Below are positions 9,796-18,640 of a stretch of DNA of 64,000 nucleotides, piece by piece. Every line of letters begins with the position of its first letter. Position 1 is the first letter of the stretch. Source of the DNA: Candidatus Latescibacterota bacterium (lineage in GTDB: Bacteria > Latescibacterota > UBA2968 > GCA-2709665). Under the pieces are notes generated by a model. It was not told where the DNA came from and did no database searches. It was given only the letters and a program-made list of their open reading frames with translations. A program made the translations under genes and the position numbers. Location: contig OZ241917.1 of NCBI GenBank assembly GCA_965203805.1, positions 2,304,001 through 2,368,000 of the forward strand, read 5' to 3'.

Positions 9796-12700
9796 CTACT
9801 CGAGTCTGTGAGCGGTCACTTCAATGCGACCGAGGGACTTGAGAGTCCAGGCGACCTGCGGATATCGGTACTTTTCCGACTCGTCGATTCGGCGCTGGCG
9901 ATCTTTTGGTAGGTTGTTGAGTAGTTCCTCGTCTCGTCTAAGCCTGTCCTTCCAGACGGGTAAGATTCGGCGATGGGCATCTTCGTCGCTCCTTCGAAAG
10001 CGGTCCACTATGGTACGAGTCGCTTCTACTTTGTCTCTGGCGGATGTTTGTCTATAGTCGAACCATTTCTCTAGTCTGGCGACTTCTCTATCAACTCGCT
10101 CAGTGGCTTGACTCTCAGCCTGCTTTTGGAGTGTCTCCCGCTTGGAGTTAACGAACTGGTCCGCAAGCTTAGATATCAGGTCAAGATTGTCGGGAATGTC
10201 AGCCGGTTCTATTTCCTGCTCCACATCCTCGAATCGACACGCTCGCCGCACAAGGTTGAGACCGGTTACCTCGTCTACTTCTCCAGCGTCACTTATGAAG
10301 ACTGGCACGAAGTGTTCTATGGATCGAGGTCCGGGAGTCGAGAACTGGTATGTGAAGAGCCATCCTGAACTTGGTGAGAGATCATCGCTGGCTCGGATGC
10401 GACGGGTGCCGGTAATGCCTTCGTAGCTTTCGCTGAGGACGGATCCAACAATTGCATCTACAATTGGATGACCGAAAGTCATGAACTCAATGTCCTCGGC
10501 GTCGGGCCTTTGATCCGGGCGGAAGACTGCTTTCCGTTTCGATCCTGCGGGGAGTAAATTCGGGTGATTCTCGACGAATTCATCACGAAATATCAGTTCA
10601 TAGATGTCCCCCCGACGCTTGATATAAGTGCGCTTATCGGATAGAAGGTGACCGATGAATCGATCGAGAGCTTCATTGGTTATCGGGGAGGGCTCCCCAG
10701 CAATTCGTTCGGCGATCTCTCGGCGGAAGGACTTCGTGTCCATGATGAAGTCACCCAGTTGTCCCTCGGCTTCTTGAGCGCGGCGGACATTGTCCTCTAC
10801 TCGTTTGCCTAACTCTTTAAGAGCAGTTTCCCTCATTTCGGTCGCCAGCCGCATGACTTTCTTGATGTCATCCTCAGTCTCACCGAGGATAGGATCAAGG
10901 CCGCCCACGGTTCTCTCGAAAACTTTAATGCGATTTTCGAGGACGTCCAGGACGCGTTCCTCGATTGTGTCTTTAGCCCAGAGATTGAAGATGTTAACTG
11001 TATGATCTTGGCCGATGCGATCGACTCGACCGATGCGCTGCTCGACCTTCATTGGGTTCCAGGGTAGGTCGTAATTGACGAGCAGATGGCAGAATTGGAA
11101 GTTTCGGCCTTCGCCACCGGACTCTGTGCTGATGAGGACTTGGGGGCCGGGATCGTTTTTAAAACGTTCTACGGCACGGTCCTTTTCTTCTGTTTTCATC
11201 TGCCCGTGGAAGACATTGACGCACCAACCCTGATCTTCGATCAGGTCTTTAAGGTGTCGCTGGGTTTCTCGGAACTGGGTGAACACGAGCACTTTCTCTT
11301 GATCGGGGCTATCATCGAACAATTCGGCGAGCCGTTTGACAAGTACGCGAGACTTTGAATCGCTTTTTACCTGCTCTAGCGCTTCGATAGCTTTGTGGAG
11401 AAGGGATAGTTCGGATTTCGCCATAACCGCGGTGCCGGTATATCCAGCGACATCGCTCCCGTCTTCATCGGCATCGAGTCTTTCTTCAAGCTCGGCATCA
11501 TCGGTGGAAGACCGGGAGCGTCCCATGCCAGATCGGATTTTCTCTCGACGCCTGCTCAACGACTCTCGGATGGCCGCGATGCTTGATGCCATCATCTTCT
11601 GATATATTACCATCACGAAACCAGCAGACCTGTCACTATATGTATCGGCGAGTTGAAAGCCATATTGGACATACTCTTCCACAGCTTGAAGGGCTACGCG
11701 CTCTTCCGTTGTCAACTCGACTTCCCAGCGGTTAGCAACGCGAGGCATAAAGCCGCCAACTACGTTCTTTCGATTCCGAATCAACACTTCGCTGAGGAGG
11801 TGTCGATCAGCGAGTTCGTTCGCAACTTTCTTCCGTACTTCCATACCAGCGGAGAGTCGCTGACGCACCACTTCGACATCAGAGTCGAGCCAGTTCGCTA
11901 TCTTCTCGCTCATCCTGTTGAGGCTCTCGACCGGTAACCGGAATTCATGGCTGTTTAGGTGTTCGACAAGCTGGGAAAGACCGGGCATCTCTTGTCGGTG
12001 TTGTTCAAAGTGATCTTCTGATGGAAAGAGAGCAGGGTCGAGAAGTTCTATGAGCGAGTAGAGCTCATGGGGGTGGAGTTGCATCGGCGTTGCCGTTAGA
12101 AAAAGTACCCCGCGCCGGGCGCAATGTTCCGGTGCCGCGAGATCTCGGACAAGTCGATAGAGTCTGGTCACTTCACCTGAAAGGTGACGTCGCGCATGGT
12201 GGGCTTCGTCTATTATGATAAGATCCCAGTCCACTTCGCTACAGGCCTTCGCCCATTTGTCGTTGACAATCCATCCCGATGAACACAGAATACTGTTTTC
12301 ATACGTGAAGGGGTTTTCTGCATTACCTTGGTTCACCAAGTATTGAACAGTATTTCTATCTAGCACGGCGAAACTCTCATTGAACTTTGTCTTCATTTCG
12401 AACTGCCATTGGCGAACTAGGTTGGGAGGTACGATGGCCAAGACTCTCTGAGCACCGCCTCTCGCCCGGAGTTCCTTTAGGATCATTCCCGCCTCGATTG
12501 TCTTCCCGAGGCCGACCTCATCACACAACAGAAAGCGATGTGGATAGTTGTCAATGACTTTGTGAACCACAGATACTTGGTGAGGCTTGATATCTACACC
12601 AACCCGTCCTAGCGAGATGAGATCGTCGTGGAGATGGAGCGTTTGGTACCATCTAGTCACTTGCTGAAGCCGGTATTGTTGAAGTGAGCCGATCTCGCCC

Positions 12701-13407
12701 TGCTTAAAACGTCCAACTGGGTTCGCGATAAGCAGGGGCCTTAGGTCAGCTTCTGGGACGTTGATAGTTTCCCCACCCTCGACAAAGCACACCCAAGCCG
12801 GTTTCTCCGCCTGCAATGGGGTAAGCACGGAGGCCTTTTCGCCTGTTGATAGCCGTTGAAGGGTTTTGCCTTGGAGCTTCACTCTAGTGAGCGGCGGGTC
12901 TGATTCTACAAATTGGGTGGGTATGTTGTGATCATCCCATCGGACATGGATCCGACTGTCCTCGATTTTTTCGATGACGCCATACGTTTTCGGTCGCGGT
13001 GTCCATTGAACGAGAGCTCCGACCCTAATATCCTGCTCGCTGTAGTATAGAGGGGCTTCCAGTACTGACAAAGGCTCTTTCTTACCCATTCTTTCATGAG
13101 GCCGTGAAAAGGCCGGACTGCCAGCTTTTTTCTGAAGAGTTCGCTTCGTGAGATCTTCTTCCGTGGCCAGTCGGGCCTGTGATGGCGAGATCGTGGCAAT
13201 ACCCATCGTGTTGCCGTCCGGACCCAGAAATTCGACCTCGAGGGCTTCCCCGTTGCCCTGGATACATACAATCGTGCCGACGTCTCCGACTTTCAGCCCG
13301 TCCCCCGGATTGGGTTTCTCAATCAGCGGGCTGGTGTCCGGGACATCCCAAATGTGATCGAGTGGAACTTCGGTTGTAAGCGCTATTACGTCCAGTTCCT
13401 TGAACAT
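9796..13407 (-). CDS. SNF2/RapA-like helicase with fused N-terminal DUF4926-like domain
   Basis: PHQ, DEVGLGKT, IVPPNLVRQW, DEAHH, LTATP, VFTQFRET, STESGGEGRNFQ and EQRIGRVDRIG motifs. N-terminus MFKELDVIALT...GDVGTIV...EVEF fits DUF4926. Confidence 0.88.
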   Translation of the reverse strand: MFKELDVIALTTEVPLDHIWDVPDTSPLIEKPNPGDGLKVGDVGTIVCIQGNGEALEVEFLGPDGNTMGIATISPSQARLATEEDLTKRTLQKKAGSPAFSRPHERMGKKEPLSVLEAPLYYSEQDIRVGALVQWTPRPKTYGVIEKIEDSRIHVRWDDHNIPTQFVESDPPLTRVKLQGKTLQRLSTGEKASVLTPLQAEKPAWVCFVEGGETINVPEADLRPLLIANPVGRFKQGEIGSLQQYRLQQVTRWYQTLHLHDDLISLGRVGVDIKPHQVSVVHKVIDNYPHRFLLCDEVGLGKTIEAGMILKELRARGGAQRVLAIVPPNLVRQWQFEMKTKFNESFAVLDRNTVQYLVNQGNAENPFTYENSILCSSGWIVNDKWAKACSEVDWDLIIIDEAHHARRHLSGEVTRLYRLVRDLAAPEHCARRGVLFLTATPMQLHPHELYSLIELLDPALFPSEDHFEQHRQEMPGLSQLVEHLNSHEFRLPVESLNRMSEKIANWLDSDVEVVRQRLSAGMEVRKKVANELADRHLLSEVLIRNRKNVVGGFMPRVANRWEVELTTEERVALQAVEEYVQYGFQLADTYSDRSAGFVMVIYQKMMASSIAAIRESLSRRREKIRSGMGRSRSSTDDAELEERLDADEDGSDVAGYTGTAVMAKSELSLLHKAIEALEQVKSDSKSRVLVKRLAELFDDSPDQEKVLVFTQFRETQRHLKDLIEDQGWCVNVFHGQMKTEEKDRAVERFKNDPGPQVLISTESGGEGRNFQFCHLLVNYDLPWNPMKVEQRIGRVDRIGQDHTVNIFNLWAKDTIEERVLDVLENRIKVFERTVGGLDPILGETEDDIKKVMRLATEMRETALKELGKRVEDNVRRAQEAEGQLGDFIMDTKSFRREIAERIAGEPSPITNEALDRFIGHLLSDKRTYIKRRGDIYELIFRDEFVENHPNLLPAGSKRKAVFRPDQRPDAEDIEFMTFGHPIVDAIVGSVLSESYEGITGTRRIRASDDLSPSSGWLFTYQFSTPGPRSIEHFVPVFISDAGEVDEVTGLNLVRRACRFEDVEQEIEPADIPDNLDLISKLADQFVNSKRETLQKQAESQATERVDREVARLEKWFDYRQTSARDKVEATRTIVDRFRRSDEDAHRRILPVWKDRLRRDEELLNNLPKDRQRRIDESEKYRYPQVAWTLKSLGRIEVTAHRLE

Positions 13408-13423
13408 ATCTGTCTCCTGACGA

Positions 13424-13756
13424 TCAAGCCGGATATGCCGTAATGAACCTGGGATGGTCGGTTTCTCTGTCGATCTGCCAGACAGTCCTCACGTTTGGGC
13501 TACGTCCATCGGGAGTCGCAAGCGATCCATCTACAACATACTTTACGCCATAGTTACCTTGCTCCTCCTTGATAACTTCATGGCTAGCTCCGTGAACTCG
13601 TAACGCCTCTGAAAAGCTCTGCCATTGTTCTGGCCGAAAGCCGAAGTCGAAAAAGAACTTTGCCTTTTCTCCACCATCCGGATGACTTGCTGAAAGCAAA
13701 TAGCCCGTAATCTTCGTTGGGTCAACGCGAGCCTGTTGTGCGTTGGGTAGCCTCAA
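13424..13756 (-). CDS. DUF6883-like protein (putative toxin/nuclease module usually paired with DUF4926)
   Basis: LPNA...KITGYLL...HPDGGEKAKFF...YGVKY...TVWQID...PRFITAYP. TTG start with gagg RBS. Confidence 0.75.
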   Translation of the reverse strand: MRLPNAQQARVDPTKITGYLLSASHPDGGEKAKFFFDFGFRPEQWQSFSEALRVHGASHEVIKEEQGNYGVKYVVDGSLATPDGRSPNVRTVWQIDRETDHPRFITAYPA

Positions 13757-13931
13757 TCACAAACCTCTGCATGGAGCAATATCGGCCATGCGGTTGCGGT
13801 CCTCGGTGCGTAAGATCCAATCCCGGCCCGTACCGCTCGCCCAACCACGCGCTGCACGAGGTCTTCGATGCCTTCATCAGGTCTGGATGGATAACGAATC
13901 GCAGCCTGGTTTCTTCGATGAATTCAGACGG

Positions 13932-14036
13932 CCACAATATAACGCAATACCCGTACAGCCGAAACCGTCTTGTTTGTGGATTCTTCGAATCGAAAAAAAT
14001 ACGAACGTCCTGACAAACGTCGTCAGGGCGTCTCGC
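13932..14036. repeat. ~100-bp direct repeat, copy 2
   Basis: Matches 9577-9678. Confidence 0.85.
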
Positions 14037-14142
14037 CCGCATTGACGGCGGTTGGCGTGCGCAGAAAACAGGGCAACCTCAAGGGTTGCCCATACATAAG
14101 AATGAACGGATGCGATTGGGAGATGTTTTTGGACCATGCGGG

Positions 14143-14174
14143 ACGAACGCCCCGACGAAAATCGCCGGGGCGCG
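14143..14174 (-). terminator. Hairpin downstream of the beta-CASP gene; third partial copy of the repeat hairpin
   Basis: acgaacgccccgacgaaaatcgccggggcg. Confidence 0.55.
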
Positions 14175-14194
14175 CCGTCGGATGCTAACTGTGC

Positions 14195-15787
14195 TCACGA
14201 ATCCCATCCCCGATGGAATAGATGAGGAGATTGGCGATCCCGAATAAAGGCCTCCTGCCAATCCAACGTCAGGAAAAATTGAAACAGCTTCTCCTCAAGG
14301 AGCGTCGTCGCTTCCGTGCCGAACCAATATTCTGCCAATTCCCGTACGCGAAATGGCCCCGTCGCCCTTATTCTTCGCAGATATGCATTAAGTTCTGCGA
14401 GGATTCTACAATTGCTAGACTGTTTTCCATTCGAGATGCCCACGTGCTTCGTATAGGTGTACGTCCGGCCATTTTTGGGGAGTCGCACGTCCACGGCTGG
14501 AGACGATTCTCGCACGGATTCAGCCAGTTTCTCCCTCGCGGCGTCATCGCCGTGTACGAGAAAGCATTTGTTCGGACGCAGTTTCTTGACCAATTCCGCC
14601 AGTTCTCTCTGGTCTGCGTGCGCTGAAAGTGAGTATCGCTTCACGTTGCAATTCACGTTTGCGCTCACTTCCTGGTCCAATTTCCACTTCCGCTCTTCAG
14701 GTTCTTCTGCCTTTGACAGATTCTCCAGCGCGCGGCCGGGAGTTCCTTCCCCCTGATAGCCCACTATTGCGATCAGGTTCTTCGGATCTCCAGCCAAACG
14801 TTTGGCGTATTCATTCGACAGACCACCGTTCAACATCCCCGAAGAAGATACAATTACACAGGGAGATCCTGACAATATACGCTCCCTATGACCCCTTGAT
14901 TCCACTTTCATTACGTAATCCGAATAAAAAATCTCCTCTCCGAATTTCGCTCCTGCCAGGGACGGATTGAGATCGTCAACCTGACGCAAATACACCTCAT
15001 TGACCTTTTTCACCATCCCGTCAACGTAAACCGGAATCTGATTCCGTTCCATGGCATCCTTCAAAATACGAATGACCTCCTGAGAGCGTGCCACGGCGAA
15101 CGTCGGGATTAACACTTTGCCATCTGCTTCGATCACTTCGGTTACGTCCTGCACAAGAGCAGTTTCTTGTTGGGCCCGATCTTTATGTCGACGATTGCCA
15201 TACGTCGACTCCATCACCATCACGTCCAGGCGGCACAATTCGGGCACGTCCATACCCGGAATGGTCAGTTGATCGTCACCAGACACGTCGCCCGTCATCA
15301 GGATACTTTCCTGTTCGCTCTCAATATAGATCATTGCCGCGCCCAGAACGTGACCTGCGCGAATCCATGTTGCTGTCACGCCGTCGCCTATCTGTACGGG
15401 TTCCTTCCACGGAACCGATTCCATCCGGCTGAAGGCGTAGTTTACGTCGTCGGCAGTGTACTCAGGCGATTTACACTTCTCCTCCCGCTTGACTGCATCG
15501 TCGAATAGCACACGGGTAATTTCTCTGGTTGGAGGGGTACAATACACCTTTTCAGGCAATCTATCCTCCTTGGCAAGCAGAGGCAACGCACCCGTGTGAT
15601 CGCTGTGCGCGTGGGTCAATAGAAGAGCGTCAGGCCTCCACATCTCACGCAAGTCAGGCCACTTTGTCTTTATGGCCGGTCCCATTCGAATGCCCGCGTC
15701 CACCATAATGCGTTGGTCGGCGATTTCAATTAACGTACACGAAGCGCCGACCTCGTCGGCGCCGCCGATAAAATCGAAATGTACCAT
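14195..15787 (-). CDS. MBL-fold beta-CASP ribonuclease (YSH1/CPSF73-like) with C-terminal extension
   Basis: GGADEVGASC, DAG, THAHSDH, AGHVLG, TGD, MESTYG, SSGML, SAHAD and VHGD motifs. RBS aaaggag. Confidence 0.9.
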   Translation of the reverse strand: MVHFDFIGGADEVGASCTLIEIADQRIMVDAGIRMGPAIKTKWPDLREMWRPDALLLTHAHSDHTGALPLLAKEDRLPEKVYCTPPTREITRVLFDDAVKREEKCKSPEYTADDVNYAFSRMESVPWKEPVQIGDGVTATWIRAGHVLGAAMIYIESEQESILMTGDVSGDDQLTIPGMDVPELCRLDVMVMESTYGNRRHKDRAQQETALVQDVTEVIEADGKVLIPTFAVARSQEVIRILKDAMERNQIPVYVDGMVKKVNEVYLRQVDDLNPSLAGAKFGEEIFYSDYVMKVESRGHRERILSGSPCVIVSSSGMLNGGLSNEYAKRLAGDPKNLIAIVGYQGEGTPGRALENLSKAEEPEERKWKLDQEVSANVNCNVKRYSLSAHADQRELAELVKKLRPNKCFLVHGDDAAREKLAESVRESSPAVDVRLPKNGRTYTYTKHVGISNGKQSSNCRILAELNAYLRRIRATGPFRVRELAEYWFGTEATTLLEEKLFQFFLTLDWQEAFIRDRQSPHLFHRGWDS

Positions 15788-15990
15788 TTCAAACTCCTTT
15801 CACAGTTGACATTAAAGGACGATGTTTCCGTCCAAGTTGTCTTGAAGGATGCGTCGTTGCGCGATGCCGATGGGGTCGTGAGGCTATTGAGCCTCGAAGT
15901 GCCACGCATGTGGTAAAGACAATCTCGATGTTGGGATTGACCGGATGCAAGCGTTAGTGCAGGCCGACGGCCAGCCCCTGCGCCGATACA

Positions 15991-16140
15991 TCATTTGCCC
16001 TTACCTCCCCTGGGCGGGGCATTGTCGCGGCCGCCACCGGAACGGTTTCCGGTTTTGGCGGTCCAACCGGCGCCTTGTCCACGGTTGCTGCCTCGACCGC
16101 CACCCCGATTGCCGCCTCTATCACTGCCGCATTTGGCCAT
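15991..16140 (-). CDS. Small Gly/Arg-rich peptide, 49 aa (MAKCGSDRGGNRGGG...GWTAKTGNRSGGGRDNAPPRGGKGK)
   Basis: Very strong RBS gaaaggaggtga upstream of the ATG; same direction as flanking genes. Confidence 0.7.
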   Translation of the reverse strand: MAKCGSDRGGNRGGGRGSNRGQGAGWTAKTGNRSGGGRDNAPPRGGKGK

Positions 16141-16238
16141 TCTCATCACCTCCTTTCCCGTCTTGCGTGTATTCACCGCCTCACGGGGACACTCTGGTTC
16201 CCAGTTGAGGCGATCGACTTGCTTCAGGCAAGGAACCT

Positions 16239-16385
16239 TTACTTCTTTGCCGAAGCGTCGTCAGATGGGTTATTATCTGATCCGTCTGCCCAATTCTCGG
16301 GCCTTTCATCGTCGCCGCGCGACTGCCAATAAGCATCGTTGTTCGGGTTCAACTGATTGGCGCGATTGTCATTGTCGCGATCCAT
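16239..16385 (-). CDS. Small acidic Asn/Asp-rich peptide, 48 aa (MDRDNDNRANQLNPNNDAYWQSRGDDERPENWADGSDNNPSDDASAKK); absent from the ORF track
   Basis: Manual translation. RBS gaaaggaggtgg. First ORF after the sigma54 promoter. Confidence 0.75.
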   Translation of the reverse strand: MDRDNDNRANQLNPNNDAYWQSRGDDERPENWADGSDNNPSDDASAKK

Positions 16386-16489
16386 GATACCACCTCCTTT
16401 CTCTTGGAATCGGGTCGGCTCATGGGGGACACTCAGGTTCCCAGATGTTCCGCAAACCGGGTTACTCTACGATATCTCAATTGAAAAAT

Positions 16490-16505
16490 TGCAAGAACTA
16501 TGCCA
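16490..16505 (-). promoter_or_regulatory. Sigma54 (-24/-12) promoter
   Basis: Minus strand TGGCATAGTTCTTGCA = GG-N10-GC, matching consensus TGGCACGNNNNTTGCW. AT-rich tract upstream. Confidence 0.75.
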
Positions 16506-16575
16506 ATACTTATGTATTTCAAATAAGTCATTTATATTATCTTATGGCAATGAACACACCGGCCCTTTCCTTGCA

Positions 16576-16594
16576 GTTGGTGTAATTTACCAAC
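16576..16594. promoter_or_regulatory. Putative bEBP upstream activating sequence
   Basis: gTTGGTgtaatttACCAAc near-palindrome about 70 bp upstream of the -24 box. Confidence 0.6.
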
Positions 16595-16615
16595 CACAGC
16601 GTTGAAGTCCGCCAT

Positions 16616-18406
16616 CTACGCCTGCCCATCGAGGCGATCATGCTTCTCTCGTGTCCGATGCAATTCCGTTCGTCGAGTTCGCATGGCCCCCGCCTGATCT
16701 ATCTCTATTCCGAGTGTCAGGAGATGCGCCTGGCGAAGCCACCAGAAGGCTTCGAACAAGGGCCGACGCGGCGAGGCGCCGCGTTCGAGATTCGGCCCTT
16801 TGCGATTGAGATGACGAATCCGGCCATGCGCCCTTCTTGCGAGTGTCTGGACCCTTTCATCAGGATCGTTTCTGGAAAGCCAGAACAGCGTTCTGTGCAC
16901 CCGTCCGCCGGGATTGACGCGTAACGCCGTCAGGGCTTGCACATAGCATTGCCTCCACACTCGGCGGGGTTCGACAAATCGTTCGTCTGTGGGATCAATA
17001 GACTCTTTATTCGGCTCAACATTGTCTCTCCGGGTCTTTAGCCGTTCGAGGCAGAATTTGGCAAACGCTTCGCGCAATCCCTTCAAGTGCGGGTCCCGCC
17101 TGAGTTCATCCCGAAGATTCTGCGGATACATGGCGATTCCGATCCACATCGGGAGTCGACTGTAGGGATGAGGCGGAGGTTCTCTGTCAGCCTCGGGCCA
17201 CGGCCGAAGGTCAGACGCTACGGCGGGGACCCGCATCTCCGCGAAAGCCAGCAGGAGGGACCTCAAGCACTTCCAGGGCGCGGCGAAGACGACCAGCGCC
17301 TCAAAGGCTTTTTCGTAGAAATCCGCAACAGGCACGCCCGTCGAGTCCTGACCGTCAAAGGCCTCGGGTGTATCTCGCAACACCTTACGCAGCATGCCGA
17401 CGTGCCTGACCGCGCTGTCCACAATCCGGCTTCTCAGTTCGTCAGAGAGGTCCGATTCCAGCCCACCCATCCCCCGGTAGTAAATCGCCGCGGATAACCG
17501 CCACCAGGCTTTGAGCAATGAAGATCGCCCTGTCGCAGAATCGGGCTGTTTCACACTGAGAAGGTCCAGGAACGGGATCAACTCGTGCGACACAACCCGC
17601 CATCCGTCACCCGCAGGATTCAGACGCTCCGCACCCAATGCAAAGCCGATGCTCATCGCATGTTCGACAGCATTCAGGAGTCCGAGAATCCGGTCGCCCA
17701 GTACATCTTCCGCAGAATTGGAAAACGCCTCTTTCAGGGTGTTCAGGTTTATGGTCTCACGACGTTCCGAGTCTGCGGCGAAACGCCACTTGAGCCAGAA
17801 TTCGAGCTGATCAGGGTCTTCAAAATCCGTACTGGACCACCCCTCTCGCAACATAGGATTCAACAAGGCCGGATTGACGATCTGATCCAACGGCAGGCCT
17901 TCCGGAAAGAGAAATGGAACGAGGTCGAAGAACAGGAATGCGCGTTTGTTTCTTATCTCCACGAGCTTGCGCCAATCCAGGCGTTTTGCTCGAAATTTCG
18001 CCTGCCTTTGAAATTCTCCAACCCACGCGTGAACAACCCAATTTCCGCCTGATTTCACCAGCCCGTGGCCAGGCCGAACCACTTCGCTGTAGACGGGTCC
18101 GAAGCCAAGCAGAAAGCTGAAGAGAAGCGCGAGGCGGGTCTGCTCATCGCCCTCGGGAGGACCCGATTCGTTCAGACCTTCCACGACACCGGGAAGGACG
18201 TGCTCGAAATTGTCCGAGAAATCCTCCCTGAATACGGACGCGCAGCCGGCATCGCCAAAACAGTCCGGACGTTTAAATACCCGAACCAGCCATGCACGAT
18301 CATCACTGGAAAAACCAGCGTCCGCAAGGCACTGTTCTACGTGAGAAATCTCTGAATCATCTGACGGGAAAATCAGGCCGGATGGGCCGTTTTCAGCGTC
18401 GCTCAT
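16616..18406 (-). CDS. Hypothetical alpha-helical protein, 596 aa
   Basis: Long ORF with RBS (aggaaa). C-terminal EPRRVWRQCYVQAL...NDPDERV...FEAFWWLRQAH looks conserved/HEAT-like. No family recognised. Confidence 0.75.
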   Translation of the reverse strand: MSDAENGPSGLIFPSDDSEISHVEQCLADAGFSSDDRAWLVRVFKRPDCFGDAGCASVFREDFSDNFEHVLPGVVEGLNESGPPEGDEQTRLALLFSFLLGFGPVYSEVVRPGHGLVKSGGNWVVHAWVGEFQRQAKFRAKRLDWRKLVEIRNKRAFLFFDLVPFLFPEGLPLDQIVNPALLNPMLREGWSSTDFEDPDQLEFWLKWRFAADSERRETINLNTLKEAFSNSAEDVLGDRILGLLNAVEHAMSIGFALGAERLNPAGDGWRVVSHELIPFLDLLSVKQPDSATGRSSLLKAWWRLSAAIYYRGMGGLESDLSDELRSRIVDSAVRHVGMLRKVLRDTPEAFDGQDSTGVPVADFYEKAFEALVVFAAPWKCLRSLLLAFAEMRVPAVASDLRPWPEADREPPPHPYSRLPMWIGIAMYPQNLRDELRRDPHLKGLREAFAKFCLERLKTRRDNVEPNKESIDPTDERFVEPRRVWRQCYVQALTALRVNPGGRVHRTLFWLSRNDPDERVQTLARRAHGRIRHLNRKGPNLERGASPRRPLFEAFWWLRQAHLLTLGIEIDQAGAMRTRRTELHRTREKHDRLDGQA

Positions 18407-18640
18407 TGTTGTTTCCTGTTAAGCGCCTCGCTATATCCTTGTTGGACAATCGAGCAGGGATGTCAACCTGTTCCGATTGTGAACCCGCAGGATTTCCGGA
18501 GAAGATCCGGAATCGGAAAAGATGCATTAAGCATCGAAGCACGAGGTTCGATCCAAATATACCGGATTAATGATCTGCGTCAAGTGAAAATAGACAAATC
18601 CATGCCCTCCCTAAGGGGCTCCTTATGACAATAACGAACG

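Noticed and set aside
9796-13407. Helicase as DISARM drmD or housekeeping rapA
   Set aside because: No DISARM partner genes nearby; N- and C-termini differ from RapA, so no symbol was assigned
9577-14174. Repeats read as a CRISPR array or integron attC sites
   Set aside because: Only two full copies 4.3 kb apart, no regular spacers, no cas or intI gene, and no clear attC boxes
15884-15991. 35-aa minus-strand ORF overlapping the RGG peptide stop (TGATG)
   Set aside because: No RBS of its own and no recognisable composition or motif
18430-18466. TTGACA upstream of the 596-aa gene as a sigma70 promoter
   Set aside because: No -10 hexamer at 16-18 bp spacing
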